Origin: Raja brachyura
Lineage: Eukaryota
Reading direction: 5' to 3'
DNA: 64,000 nt
Assembly (NCBI GenBank): GCA_963514005.1
Contig: OY740781.1
Coordinates: forward strand, 176,700,001 to 176,764,000
In this document: positions 12,477 through 25,500 of the stretch, piece by piece
Numbering within the stretch: position 1 is the stretch's first letter
Layout: each line of letters opens with the position of its first letter
Program-made: the position numbers and the translations under genes
Notes under the pieces: model-generated
Database searches by the model: none
What the model saw: the letters and a program-made list of their open reading frames with translations, nothing else
Told to the model about the DNA's origin: nothing

Positions 12477-12646
12477 AGTGTTAAAGAAGGAACTGCAGAT
12501 GCTGGAGAATCGAGGGTTACACAAAAAGCTGGAGAAACTCAGCGGGTGCAGAGTCTGAAGAAGGGTCTCGACCCGAAACGTCGCCTATCTCCTTCGCTCC
12601 TTAGATGCTGCTGCACCCGCTGAGTTTCTCCAGCTTTTTGTGTAAC
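12477..12646. mobile_element. Fold-back Penelope pLTR element with 15-bp TSD
   Basis: Perfect inverted arms ggttacacaaaaagctggagaaactcagcgggtgcag and its reverse complement. TSD cgtagagctagtcaa at 12462-12476 and 12647-12661. Confidence 0.88.
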
Positions 12647-13299
12647 CGTAGAGCTAGTCAAGTTGCCTCAGAATCCTGTGTCTCAGTAAAATTGCCATTA
12701 AAAATATTCAGCAAATTTAGGCACAATTTAGTTAAAATGTCTTTATAAAAAGACAACCCTTTTATTGGAGGATTCAACTAACTGAACCGTCCTGATATCC
12801 CAACCTCCTTACAGTGGTCAATGTTCCATTTGCCTTTCTGATTACTTGCATGCTCTGAAAAAGAACAGCCAGATCTCCCTGAACACCAACATTGATAGAC
12901 ATTGATCTTAACATCTCTAATCACTACATCTGTTGTTCTTTTTGTTTACATGTTCTCTGCTCAACTGTGCTCTTCAGATACTTATTTCCTATTGCTTTTC
13001 ATTCCAAAATTATATTTCTTTTACCTCGTTTTCCTTTTTCATGTTTTAAAATTAAATTTCCATTTGAATGTATTGCTGAAGAAAACAATGAGGAGAAGTA
13101 AAGCCAATATTTGGTTTCTGGGAATGTGTAGCGACATTTTTGTCAGGGCTTCAAAATGCGATTCAGAATGTATGGCTCAGTAAGTAAGTGGAAATTTGAA
13201 ATTACTGTACGATGACACAATATATTAAAGGATTTTAAAACACTCAACAAATCAGGCAGTAACTATGCAGAGTTACCATCTCAAATCGTGGTCGGAAGA

Positions 13300-13655
13300 T
13301 CATAGAAAAATGCAACATGGAAACATGCCCTACAACCCAAGTCCACACTGACCAACCCAAGTCCACACTGACCAACCACCTATCATCAATTTACTCAAAT
13401 TCTACATTCATCCCATGTTGAGTCTCCCTACACTCCCATCGACTCCACCCAGATTCTGCCACTCACTTGCCTACGAGAGGCAATTAACAGTGGCCAACTA
13501 ACCAACCAAAACATGTGTTTGGGATGTGGGAAGAAACCAGGCAACCTAGAGATCCTACACAGTCAAGCTCCACGCAGACAGCACAGGTCAGGATTGAACA
13601 TGGGTCTGTAACACCACGAGGCAGCAGTTCTACCAGCTGCATCACTATGCTCCTC
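13300..13655 (-). mobile_element. Degraded tRNA-derived SINE
   Basis: Reverse-strand similarity to the 4424 SINE (caggattgaac, gcagcagttctaccagctgc). Contains an internal 20-bp tandem duplication near 13333. Confidence 0.65.
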
Positions 13656-16600
13656 TAAATCAACGACCTTTCATCAGAACAGATGTCAGGATGTATCATG
13701 ATATTTACGAATGGGTAAAAGTCAAGATTGCGGAAATGGATGTGAACCATTTATGCTACTTTTAAGTGTTTTATTGTGATAAATTCTACATTGAAGATAT
13801 ATAAAGGTTAATTAGGAAACTGTGCTGAAGCCTGTATCACAGGAACATTTGGTACAATTTATCTTTTATGAACAAGAAACAAAATCTAACATTAGGGGAA
13901 AATGGCTTACATCATGTTGAAAAATAACGATAACAAACCAAAGTAACATATATTCAGAAATCATGATGAAACTAAATATTAAATTTGATGAACAAGAGAG
14001 GCAGAAGAAAATTTAACATTGCATTTGAACAGATAGACACATTTTAAATCCACTAACTTTTTGTATACCCATAGATGTTAGTAATTTTAACATCTTACAC
14101 TGCCCATCTGTATTCTGGCCTTAAGGCTTCACAGATCTGTTTTTTTTTATGGCTGAGTGAGTTTGGGTTTAATTGGAAGAGAAGCAAAGCCTTTAATGGA
14201 TTGACTCATTAAGCATTAAGCCCAGTACACTATTTTGTCATTTAAAGACAGAAAGCTCTGGAGGGACTGAAGCAATAACATGGTAACTAGCATCTTAAAA
14301 AAACTACTATGAATTGTCTTAAAAATGTATTGATCTTTTACTATTTTTTAACATGTTTATAACATTTTTGTAGACAGCTACAAAGTAGCCAAAAAACTGT
14401 TTAGTTACTGCAGCGAAGTAAGTCTTTTATATTGCACGAAGATCCTAAAGAACAGATTTCCCACATATACTGATCATGTTTTATGAGAGGGTTTCCCTTG
14501 AGGTCACCGTATGCATTTTAAACTTTTACATTCAAACAGTTTTAACCTCCTGAGCTGCAGGGCAACATTGGTTAATTATGGATAAATCAGAATAAAAGAG
14601 GGATAAAGGTAACTTAAGTAAGGAGATGACGACCGTGAAATTTGTGAGACATACGCAAATTGGGTTATCTTATCCTGGCCTTAACCTTGTGATCTGTGCA
14701 ATAATCACCACTTTGTAGGACCAAGGAATTCACTCACACCAAGCACCACTACTTCTTGGATAATTGCAGAAGAAATAAATTCATATCGTTGGGAATGCAA
14801 ATATCAAGCACCTTCTTCATTGTGTCCACTTTTTATTTACAGTCACTGTTGTCGTCAACATCCGTTGCCTTTCCTGCCTCCTTGAGTTCCACAATTGCTA
14901 ATAAGTAAACTTGTTCTAATCCTTGTATTATTAAGGCTTTAATTGGATTGGAACCAGGGTGAGGTATAAAATAGACTCGACTCAGTCAATGGGACTGTAG
15001 CCTCAGAGACACAAATCCAAAAAGTATTCTTGAAAGAAAATCCACAGGGATTCAAAGATTAAAAGAGAACTCTGCTGAACCCACCAGATCCTCAACTTGT
15101 AACAAATTGTTTCCTTAAACAGGTAACTTCTGGAAAAAAATACCTTTGCAACCCAACATTAACCTGAGCTGGTGATTTCTAAGTAACCAGAGAGGAAAAA
15201 TTGTTGATTATGCAAAAAATACTCAAACGAAAGCTCAAACAAAAGTGTTTTCTTATTTCACTCATTCAAGTTAATAACATCAATCCCCGTCATATTTGGT
15301 ACCCAAAATAGTTAAACTGGACCTTAACTAATCACAAATATTAGCTGTTGTGGTAAATAATTTCAAGTGATTCTCAGACCGATTGAAGGAAAATTAAATG
15401 CAAGAAAGAGCACACAATTAACTGTGTCATGTGTAAAGCATGAAGGTGAACCATGTTGCAAGATATAGATTTATTAATCTGGTTTCATGGACATTTAAAT
15501 GTAATTGAGAGCTTAACAAGATACATCATTTGGCAACTGATTTACAACATAAACTATAGAGAACTCCTGGATTGGTCCTTTCAGGTAAAGTTCGCAATTC
15601 TTACTTGTCAACCCAAGCAGTGAGCATTACCAACAATGACTGCTCACTACATCAGCACATTGTTGTTCCAGTTACTTCAAGTTCACTATTTTCTGCTTGA
15701 AGACAACAGCGTAGATCAAAGACAAACCACTGGTCTCAAACCAAGGCCGAATTTAAATTATGGTAATAAAAACAATTCACTATGCAATCCGAAGCTGGGG
15801 ACCAGCTTGTACTGGGAAGATACTCCTGTCAGAGGATTAAACTACAAAGTTCTGTTGGAATGAAATCCATACTAAATTCATTTCAAAAGGATCTTTATGC
15901 TGTAAATGAGGTGGCAAATATTTCAGATACTGACGGCTGCTTGACTCTGGAAATGCTGAGTCTGAATGATTTATGAAGTATTTCAGTTTTTAGTCTGTTC
16001 ATCCACTAAAATCTTTATTTGGATAAAGAAACTAATACACGGAAATCATTTTCCAAAATAAATACAACAGTCAGCATAAATGTTGGTAACTCAAATCACT
16101 GATAGTTTATAACCAATATTATCAATTATCTATTACCATTGTCTTCTGTAATTTCAAAAAAAGTTTTAAAGTAATTTGTAATTTTAATCTCTAGATACAC
16201 ACAACATTTAAGACAAAGAGTTAAACAGTATATTTATGACATTTACCTGTAGCTTGAACTGTAATTATGGTCATGTGTGATTACAGGTTAAATGAAAATG
16301 GAAAAATAAACTGGAGATTATGGACTTCAAGAATAAAAACAGAAAATTCTGAACAGTTAGCAGGTCATAGAGAATCTTCCCACAGATGCTGACTGACCTG
16401 TTGAGTGTTTTTTTTTTGTATTTGATTATATTCAACTTATACCCTAGCTCAAGGACATTGACAGAGATAGCAGTAATAAAACGTCAGAAACAATGGTTAA
16501 AATGTAGGGACATCTGCTAGACTGAGCCCACATGATGAGATATACAACCTTAAACGCAATATGTTTACATGTAACATATTAGGCTATGAACCTTTGAATA

Positions 16601-17384
16601 TCATCCTTTCAGGCAGATATAAAGTCAGCCATTACTTCTAATCAATCTGAGACACTTCAGTATGCCTGGAGATTTCCCTGGCATGTTCTTGAATAAACCA
16701 GATATCACTTAAACTCGATGGACTCATGAGTCATCTTTGTCCCACAACAATCCTCAAACTTAACAGCCACAAAACCAATGAAAGACTTTGCTCCCACTGA
16801 GGCTAAACATCGCAATGTAATCAAGCGGCCATTGTGATGCAAAACAAGATGTTGGAGCTTGATTAGGATGCACTATAAAATGCTTTAATCCAAGTATATA
16901 CTGGCAGTCTTCTCCTCCAGTTGATCGCAACACAACTAATGCACTTTTGAGTAACATATATGCAGCAGTTGTGACAAATGTCCTCGCTGTGATATGTGGC
17001 ATTGTGATAAAGACATTAAGAAGGGAAAGTGGAAAATTAATTCAATAACTCAATATGTACTATGCTTTTATAACACAAGACTATGAGGATCATATGAGAA
17101 GACTATGACAAATAGGGCATGTTTCAATAGGATCATGCCCGATGTTTAAGCTCGCTGCCACTTTTGTGCACTGACCCTTATCCAACAAGTTTCTTAGCAT
17201 CTACAAATCTATTGATGTACATCAAGATTATATGCAACAACTTAGCCTGCAGAGCATTCTTTAGTACATCATCAATTGAAAAGATCCACTACTTTCAGAG
17301 TGAAGGATCGCAATCCTTTATGGACAACCCCTTATTTTGATACTTTAACTGCCGGTGCAGACATCAAAAGAAACATTCCTGGAG

Positions 17385-17500
17385 ACACGTGAAACTGTAG
17401 ATCCTGGAATCTTGAGCAAAAAGTAAGGAGATGAGGAACTCAGTGGGTCAAGCAGCATCTGTGAAGGGACATTTTGGATCAGGACCTTCTTCAGATTGAT
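17385..17500 (-). mobile_element. Old solo Penelope pLTR fragment
   Basis: gaactcagtgggtcaagcagcatctgtg...ccttcttcaga. Confidence 0.65.
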
Positions 17501-17749
17501 CATACCTGCGTCTCCTCCACAAACCCTCCAGAATTATCTGTTTCATTGACTTCACTTCATTCTTTGAAACCCAAGAGACTAGAGCCTTTGCCAATGTAGT
17601 AAGATATTTTTACTCTTGTACTCAGATTCTTTTGCAATAAAGATCAACTGCATCATTCCCACAAAACATAATTAATAGACTGTACGAGACATTTGCTGCC
17701 AACTACAAATAACATTTCATAGTTAAGTCCAGACTCATATCCTGCACTG

Positions 17750-18143
17750 TGCACGTTGCAGCAGAGGCTCCCAGGATGTGCCGCGAAGAAAGAATCGTGG
17801 AGAAGGGAGCCACTGGTGACGACGGGCGCAAGGAGTTGACTGGTAGGAGAGGGACCGGGGTACTGCCTCCAGCGCCTTCAAGGTCGGCTGCAGGTGGCGA
17901 TACAAAGGCGTTTGGGTGAGGAGAAAGATGCTGGTTCGCAGGCCAAACCGTTCAAGAGCGATGGAGGAGGTCCTGCTTCAGCCTGAAGCTTAGCTGGATC
18001 GGGAGCCACTCCTGTACATCGAGCATATGGAACGGACTTTTAGGTTTTTTAAATGACATCAAAATAGGGCGATTTGTGCAGGTGTGATCTATGCAAAAAG
18101 AATGTCATTGTGCAGTGCATACATGACAATAACCATTGAACCA
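17750..18143 (+). mobile_element. GC-rich non-coding retroposon with Rex1/Babar-like 3' tail
   Basis: Ends atgcaaaaagaatgtcattgtgcagtgcatacatgacaataaccattgaacc, similar to the Rex1 3' end at 10240-10290. Confidence 0.6.
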
Positions 18144-20515
18144 AATATGACTTCAAGCCTTTTAGCAAATCTTACTTTAAGCAATTTTAGTTTCCTAATA
18201 AAGTAAGAGACATTGTTTTTCAGTGAAGATGCGGAACAAAATCATGATGATTATAGTCACTGTCACTTCAAAATGATAAATGTCAAAGCACTGAAGATAT
18301 TGTTGACAGATTAAGTTAAAAAAAGAATGTTATATGTACCTGATTTTATTTCTAGCAAGATGAACATGCTCCAAGCTTTAAATCAACTTTCACAACAGGA
18401 ATTTATATTTGCTTCCAATATGAATTATTTCCTTGAGCTAAGAAAAATCATGTAATACAAACTCTTGAAACAATGTGTTGGAAGGGGAGTGTCTGCTCAA
18501 CAATGTTGGAGAGCAATCCATTGCAGAAAAATGTATTTCCTTTATAATCATACCACAAATTCACCACCTCGTCATTCTTTCTTACATTGTAATATCTCAC
18601 AATATCAATACAAGCAAATGTTGCATTAATTTTGCTGGTTACATGATTTGTTTTGTCATTCAGTTTGTCCTTATGGATTTTCATTGGTTACATATCAAAA
18701 CAAATGGGTTTGGTGTGTATGGGAGAAAGGGCAAGAGAGCAAAATGACAATTTCTGGAGACATTGTCCCTACACATTTCCAAATGTTCAGCTTAGAATCT
18801 TTAGAAGCAACGATCATCATTTTCAATTTATTGTCCATTGAGATGTTCAATAGAGGTTCTTCTTACAGTTTGATCGTCTCAACATGCATATAACTTCTCC
18901 GACCTAATATCGTGCAAATGCACAAAATGCTATGCTTGGCTTCTTTCTCCTTTTGTAGGGCCCCCGGCAAAACAATTATTTACTTAATACCTCTTCCAAA
19001 TTTATACACTATATTCATTGCTCACAATGTGGTTTTGACTCTGTTGGAAAAGCCAAATACAAGTACACTGGGTGGCACTTCCTTTACCATTGTAATTCTA
19101 TACCACATTCAAATTTACAGAGTTTATCAGTAAAACTTGACGATAGGTTGATTTCATTATATTTTAAATCAGGACGATATAGCCTTCCAACCTCAAGACT
19201 GAGGTCAACAAAAGGTCCCATTTGTTCAGACACTACTTATTCGTGACAATTTAGTTGCTACTATTTAAAACTCCTTTTTATTTATTTGCCCCATTATTAT
19301 CACTTTACCACTATTTTGACTATTTCTTTAGTCATATCATCGCACATCCCTTCCAACCCTTCAATGGTCTTATCCTTGCCTGCCCCACTTTTCCTTTGGC
19401 TTTTCAGTACCTTATTAATCGGTACATCTCTCGTATCTTCTCTAGCTGACATTATTTTTAATTCACAATATGAAACAAAATCCAAAATAATAGAACAAAT
19501 CACAATACAGGATAATACAGATAAATCACAAAACAGGAATTCAAAATGAATCTGCAGCAATATCTTCATGGAAAAATGAAGTACAGGTAACCCAAACATT
19601 TTCAGATTGGAAATACAGCCACCCTGCATTATATTTAAATACAAACATAAACCAACCAAGACCAACATGGAGTTAAGCCAGGGCATTTTACTCAACCCAG
19701 TGGAAAATAGAAAAGCAATAGTAGAGCAGAAAGAACATGGAAATTGTGATTTTAAGATATGGGAAATATGTTAGTTATCTATTTCACAATAGGCTCCAAG
19801 GTCATGCAAAAATAACAGTAACGTGGTCTTTTCGCAAAGTCCAGGGTTACAGTTCTCACCAAACAATAAGATACTGCTGACCGTATGCCATGCAGAAAAA
19901 GAACCAGAATTATTTCCTCGTACCGAATGAAGTAGTTAATGGCCTAGATTTTGAGGTCAGGAGTGAGGCACTGGTATTGCCAGATGACTTTAGAGCGAAA
20001 AAAGCTGCCTACAAAGAGTTCCCAATCTTTGAGCCAAAAGCATCTAATTTTCTTTGTTGTCAAATATCACTTTAGTTAATTCCTGGTGCCTACCAGTCAA
20101 GATGTCATCAAGCCAGATCAGCAGCTAATTAATATAGAGTTCTCACAGAAAGAGTATCGGGAACCAATTGTTAATTACTTTTTGAAACATTATATAATGT
20201 GAAAGAATTGAGTGGCAACTTAGTGCATCTCAACCACCACTGAAGTAGAAACAAAAATAACACAAACATCAAAAAAATATGTTAATTATTTATCAGTAAA
20301 ATTGAAATATACACAATACACTTACATAAATAAAATGTGAGTGCCAATTCGCTTCAAAGTACAGCCTATTAACAACTTACTTACAACTCTTGTACATGTA
20401 AGATTTTCTGGATTCCTTATCATATTATTCCATAATAAATAGCCTAAATTGACATCAGGTCAAGCGATATCAGTTTAATTGCAGAGAAGTCTGCAAGCAA
20501 CACATAGTGTGAAAA

Positions 20516-20668
20516 GGAGTGAAGGAGATAGGCGACGTTTCGGGTCGAGACCCTTCTTCACCCGAAACGTCGCCTATCTCCTTCACTCCTTAGATGCTGC
20601 TGCACCCGCTGAGTTTCTCCAGCTTTTTGTGTAACCCTCGATTCTCCAGCATCTGCAGTTCCTTCTTT
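20516..20668. mobile_element. Fold-back Penelope pLTR element with 17-bp TSD
   Basis: Arms ggagtgaaggagataggcgacgtttcgggt / acccgaaacgtcgcctatctccttcactcc. TSD aacacatagtgtgaaaa at 20499-20515 and 20669-20685. Confidence 0.88.
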
Positions 20669-21464
20669 AACACATAGTGTGAAAACATTGACTCACTGAC
20701 AGCAACATCAGAATTTCTGTATGAAACTACATATATGAAAAACCTAAAGTTAGTGTCAGTTACAGAGAGTAATGATTGCGATATGATGACAGTTTCGCCA
20801 TTGTAACTACCATAAAATAGAGGCAAAGAAACAGCCCAGATTCCTGTCAGCAGCAATGTGACAAAATTTGCCACTGACCTCGAAGAAAGCTGCCCACAAA
20901 GCTCTAGTAATCCCTATGATGTGAATGTCTCTTCTCCCAAGATCTTCTAAGGGAATCGCTGGCTTCCAGCTACAGTTATGTCATCAATTAGGCTGAACTG
21001 CCAATCACAATGGGGAATCAATTTACAAAGTACAAAACAAGGACTTGAACATCAATAAAATTAAGGTAGCTGAAATATCAAACTTCTAACAACAAAATTA
21101 ATTTTTTACATCATTTTAAAATCCACATAAATAAAGAATTCTGAGATAATGGCTGTCTGCATGCATAACATTAGTTGTTTTAAAGACCATAGGGATAATT
21201 ATAATGGCAAGAAACAATGCACAACATCATCAAACTTATGTTTTACAGAATAATTGATTTTGCATATTAATCTGTGCATTTAGCCCAGAACATTATACTA
21301 TAAAACATCAAGAATCACAAGAGGATTATTCATTTATTGGCATTTACTGCCCATCTCAAATGGTCCTTGAACAGATGGTGGTGAATTACCACCTCGAACC
21401 TCTGCAGTCTTTCTGGTGAAAGTACTACCATAATGCTGCTGGGGAGAAAGGTGCAGGGTATAAA

Positions 21465-22415
21465 TTCATGTCATGAGCAGAAATAGGCCATTCAGCCCAT
21501 CAAGTCTACTCTGGCATTCACTCACAGATGATATATTTTTCCCTCTAAACCCCATTCTCCTGCCCTTGCCCTGTAACCTTTGACACCCTGACTAGTCAAT
21601 AACCTATCAATCTTCACTTTAAAAATTCCCAAAGACGGCCTCCACAATCTTCTGTGGCAATATGTTCCACAGATTCACCACCCTGCGGCCAAATATATTT
21701 TTTCCTCATCTCCTTTCTAAAGCTACATACTTTTATTCTGAGACTGCTCCCTCTGGCCCTGACTCTCCCACTAGTAGAAATATCCTTTCCACATTCACTC
21801 TATTCAGACCTTTCATTATTTGGTAAATTTCAATGAGAAATCCCCACATCCTTCTAAACTCAAGTGAGTACAAGACCAGAGCTGTCAAACACTCATCATG
21901 CATTAACCCATCCAAACATTCATCATTCTTGGGTTCATTTTCATAAACCTCCTCTGAACCCTCTCTAACATCAGCACATCCCTCCTCAGTTATGGAGCCC
22001 AAAACTACTCACAATACTCCATATGAGGTCTGAAGAGTCCTATAAAGCCTCAGCATTACACCCCTACTTTTATATTCCAGTCCTCAGAAAATGAATGCTA
22101 ACATTGCTTTTGCCTTCCTTACTACTGATTCAACCCGCAAATTAACTTTTGGAAATCCTGTACCAGCACTCCCAAGTCCCTCTGCACCTCCGATTTCTGA
22201 ATCCTCTCCTCATTTAGAAAAAGGTCTATGCCTTTATTCCTATTACCGAGGTGCATGACCATACATTTTGCTATGTTGTATTCCATCTGCCATTTCTTTG
22301 CCCACTCTCCCAATCTGACCAAGTCCTTCTGCTTCCTCTATATTACCAGCCCCTACACAAGCTTCGTATCATCTGCATACTTGGCCACAAAGCAGTCAAT
22401 TCCATCATCCAAATC
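21465..22415 (-). mobile_element. CR1 LINE 3' fragment, degraded
   Basis: Minus-strand ORFs give VAKYADDTKL, LGEWAKKWQMEYN and LYSLEFRRM. CR1 3' UTR aataggccattcagcccatc at ~21482. Confidence 0.85.
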
Positions 22416-22710
22416 CAACCACCAGAAAGGAAGCAGCCAGAGTGTGCAGGAACCCCTGTGGCCATACTGCACAAACAAATATACCCTCTGGATACTGTTG
22501 GGGGAGGGAGGGGGAGAAGAGTGACCATTTGGAGGAGAGCAGCAGTCAGATCTGTGGTACCAGGCTTGGCTCTGAGGCACATCGGGCTAGTATGAAGTCA
22601 AATAGGACTATATTGATAGTTGACTGATTAGTAAGGAGGACAGGCAAGACATGTTGTAGCTGGAAATGGGACTTCAGGATGGTGTGTTGCCTCCCACGGA
22701 CCAGGGTCCA
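22416..22710 (+). mobile_element. CR1 ORF1 (SGNH/GDSL esterase region) relic
   Basis: aaatataccctctggatactgttgggg (KYTLLDTVG-like) and atggtgtgttgcctcccacggaccagggtc (MVCCLPxxRV). Confidence 0.6.
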
Positions 22711-22855
22711 CTTACTAATATGTATTTCCTTTGATACCCAATATGTTCAGTCTCCACAAACTCAGATGCAGGCTTAACGCCGAGCACTGCCATTCTCAAC
22801 TCAGCTCATCACCCAATTTTGCCTTTTTATATTTCCTTCCTTCAATACTTTCTTA

Positions 22856-23424
22856 TGGGAAAAAAATGATACTTAAATTTTGGAAGGGAACATTATCCCC
22901 AACAATTAAAATGTGGAAAGCAGAGATGTTGGAGACGTTGAATTTGGAAAGAATTAGATTTGTCCTTTTGGACAGGTATAATTCTTTTGAATCGATATGG
23001 TCTCCATATATACAGTATTTAGAGAAGTAGCTATTCTTGGAATCACGGCTCGACGGGCACCCTACGGAATCCGATGCGAATAACTTACTTATATTTGATA
23101 TTATTGCGCATTTATTATAGATATTACTGTATGAAATAGTATTTCGTATAATGTATTTAGTTTTGTTTATATATATGTAATATTTTTGTTTTTTAAATTT
23201 TCTTTTTTTTTTATGGTTGAAGTATGTGGGAATTTTTTTTTTTTTTTTATTCCCTTTTTTTTTTCTCTTTTTTTTTTCTCTTTTATATATCTTTTTCTTT
23301 ATTTCCAAAAAATAGAAGATATTAAGTATTGATATGTTATTTGTAGTAATATTGAATTAAGGTGTTAGTTTATAAAGTAAGCTATACATTGTAAACTGAT
23401 TACTTCAAATAAAAAAATATTACA
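22856..23424 (+). mobile_element. L1/Tx1-like LINE 3' end with 13-bp TSD
   Basis: KKMILKFWK...PTIKMW...LETLNLERIRF...IWSPYI* resembles a fish L1 ORF2 C-terminus. T-rich 3' UTR and aataaa. TSD caatactttctta at 22843-22855 and 23425-23437. Confidence 0.8.
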
Positions 23425-24679
23425 CAATACTTTCTTACGTTTTTCTGCAATCCTGATCACAAAAAGCACCACCTTGGTTTCTTTTTTATTGATCAGATTT
23501 GTGTGCAAAGATCAGTGTTTGAGGAAAGTACAGTTGGATGAAGTAAAGAAAAGATGCACTGCGTTAGTATTCAGAATGCACACCAGCAAAAAGTCAAATC
23601 AAGAGTTAAAAGCTGGTGGGGAAAGTAGAGGGGAGAAATTAAGATGTTATATCAAAAGTAATTGGCTTTTGTGCACTGTATCTGCTATTTTCGATTTCTT
23701 AAATTGGCTCACTCTAAATTACATTTTGGAGCAAAATTGCAACTAAAATTGGTATATTAATCCAGATTATTACTTTAATTAAAAAGCATTAATAGCCTGT
23801 TGAAAAATAATTACTTGTTCAATAAATTATGACTGACATGGTAAGGCAGGCAATGTGTTTGTAGCAAGTGAGAACTTACAGAGGCCACTTTGTTCCTCAG
23901 CAATCATGTTTGGACCAACTTTTTGCAGCTCATGGATCTTTCGTTCATTTCAACTATTCATTATGATCGAGGCCAATCTGCCCCATTATCAAGTCCTCCT
24001 CTGTGCAAGTTCCACTTAGCATTTAAACCACCTTTCAAGAATGTATCTACTTCTTCTATAAATAGTTCCAGAGTTCAAGCCTCCTCTGGGATAGAGATGA
24101 AGAATTCCCGAGATTCGTCATTCTCTGTGAGAGGAAATTTCTGCATACCTCAATATTATATGACTATCCTTTTATCTAGGAAAATATGTCCTCTTGTTTG
24201 AAACTCTTCCACTAGTGAGAACATAACATCTACAGTACCTAGTTATAGTAGATAAAGTAGATAAACACTGCACAATCATTAGCAAACAACTCCACATATT
24301 TGAGTGAAGTTAGGAAACATTACAAAGTCATTGGTGGGAGTTATTTGTAGACCACTAAAAATTAGCTGTATTTAGGGCAGTGTAAAACACACTGCAAAAC
24401 GTTGGGCATATGAGAAAGATTAGGCAGTCATAGAGTCATAGACCATTGGACAGGCCCTTCGGCCCAACTTACGCATGCTGACCAAAATGCCCCATCTGCA
24501 CTCGTGCCACCTGCCTGCATTTGGCCCATATCCACGTAATTGACAGATTGAGGACAGTCATAGATTGACTTGGAGACACTTTTTTCGAATGATATATTGT
24601 GGAACCAACTAAGGAACTGGTTTCTTTAGAACTGGTCGCATCTAATATGAGAGAATTAATGAATAATCACAAATAATTT

Positions 24680-25500
24680 GTGGTGTGGCGGCTCCTAACG
24701 GCAGCGGCTCGACTGCAGTCCGTTTGCCTTTTTTAAATTTTTGTCTCGTTAAATGTATGTTTTGACTCTAGTTTTTATTATTTTTGTGTATATGTGGGGG
24801 GTGGGGCGGGGGGGGGGGGGGGGTGGCTGGTGGAAACCGTTTTATCTCTTCCCTGTACGGGGACCCGACTTTTTCTCTGTCGGGTCTCCGATGTCGTTGG
24901 GCCTAACATCTTGGAGCCGGTGGCGGCCTCCAACCGGAACCAACCTGAGGGCTCCAGTGGCGGAGCCTGTGGACTCGCCATCATGGAGCTGGCCGTCTTC
25001 GGAGCAGGAGGAGCTGTGGTGGCGCGCGGCTGCGACCTGACTTCGGAGCTTCGGAGGCTCCGGCCGCAGGCCCGGTGGACGGTAACATCGGGAGCTCGCA
25101 GGTCCCTGGTGGGAGACCGCTTTTCGGAGCTCCCGCAACGCAACTTCTCCCGCTGGAATCGCGGGGTTTAAAGGACTCGGAGCGGGGCCTAACATCGCCC
25201 CGCGCGGCTAATGGCTGCGGGACTTACCATCGCCCGCCGGGGGCTTTAACATCGGGAGCCTCAGTTGCCTCGATGCTGCAGTTGGACTGCTGGACCGCGG
25301 GTGAAGAATAAAGGGAAGAGATAAGACTTTTGCCTTCCATCACAGTGAGGAGGTGTTGGAGATACACTGTGATGGATGCTTGTGTAAACTGTGTTAAGTG
25401 TGCGTCTTGGGTTTTTTTGTAATGTTAAGACTGTAGAAAATGCATTTCGTTCAAACCAAGCTGTTTGAATGACAATAAAAGGCATTCTATTCCATTCTAT
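24680..25500 (+). mobile_element. CpG-rich ~820-bp non-coding retroposon
   Basis: Sharp GC/CpG-rich block with internal repeats (aacatcgggagc, gcctaacatc). Ends gacaataaaagg plus cattctattccattctat. Confidence 0.65.

Noticed and set aside
22853-23308. 151-aa Lys-rich minus-strand ORF
   Set aside because: Antisense reading of the T-rich L1 3' UTR.
24753-25311. Several overlapping 78-125 aa ORFs
   Set aside because: Expected in GC-rich repeat DNA; no recognisable domain.
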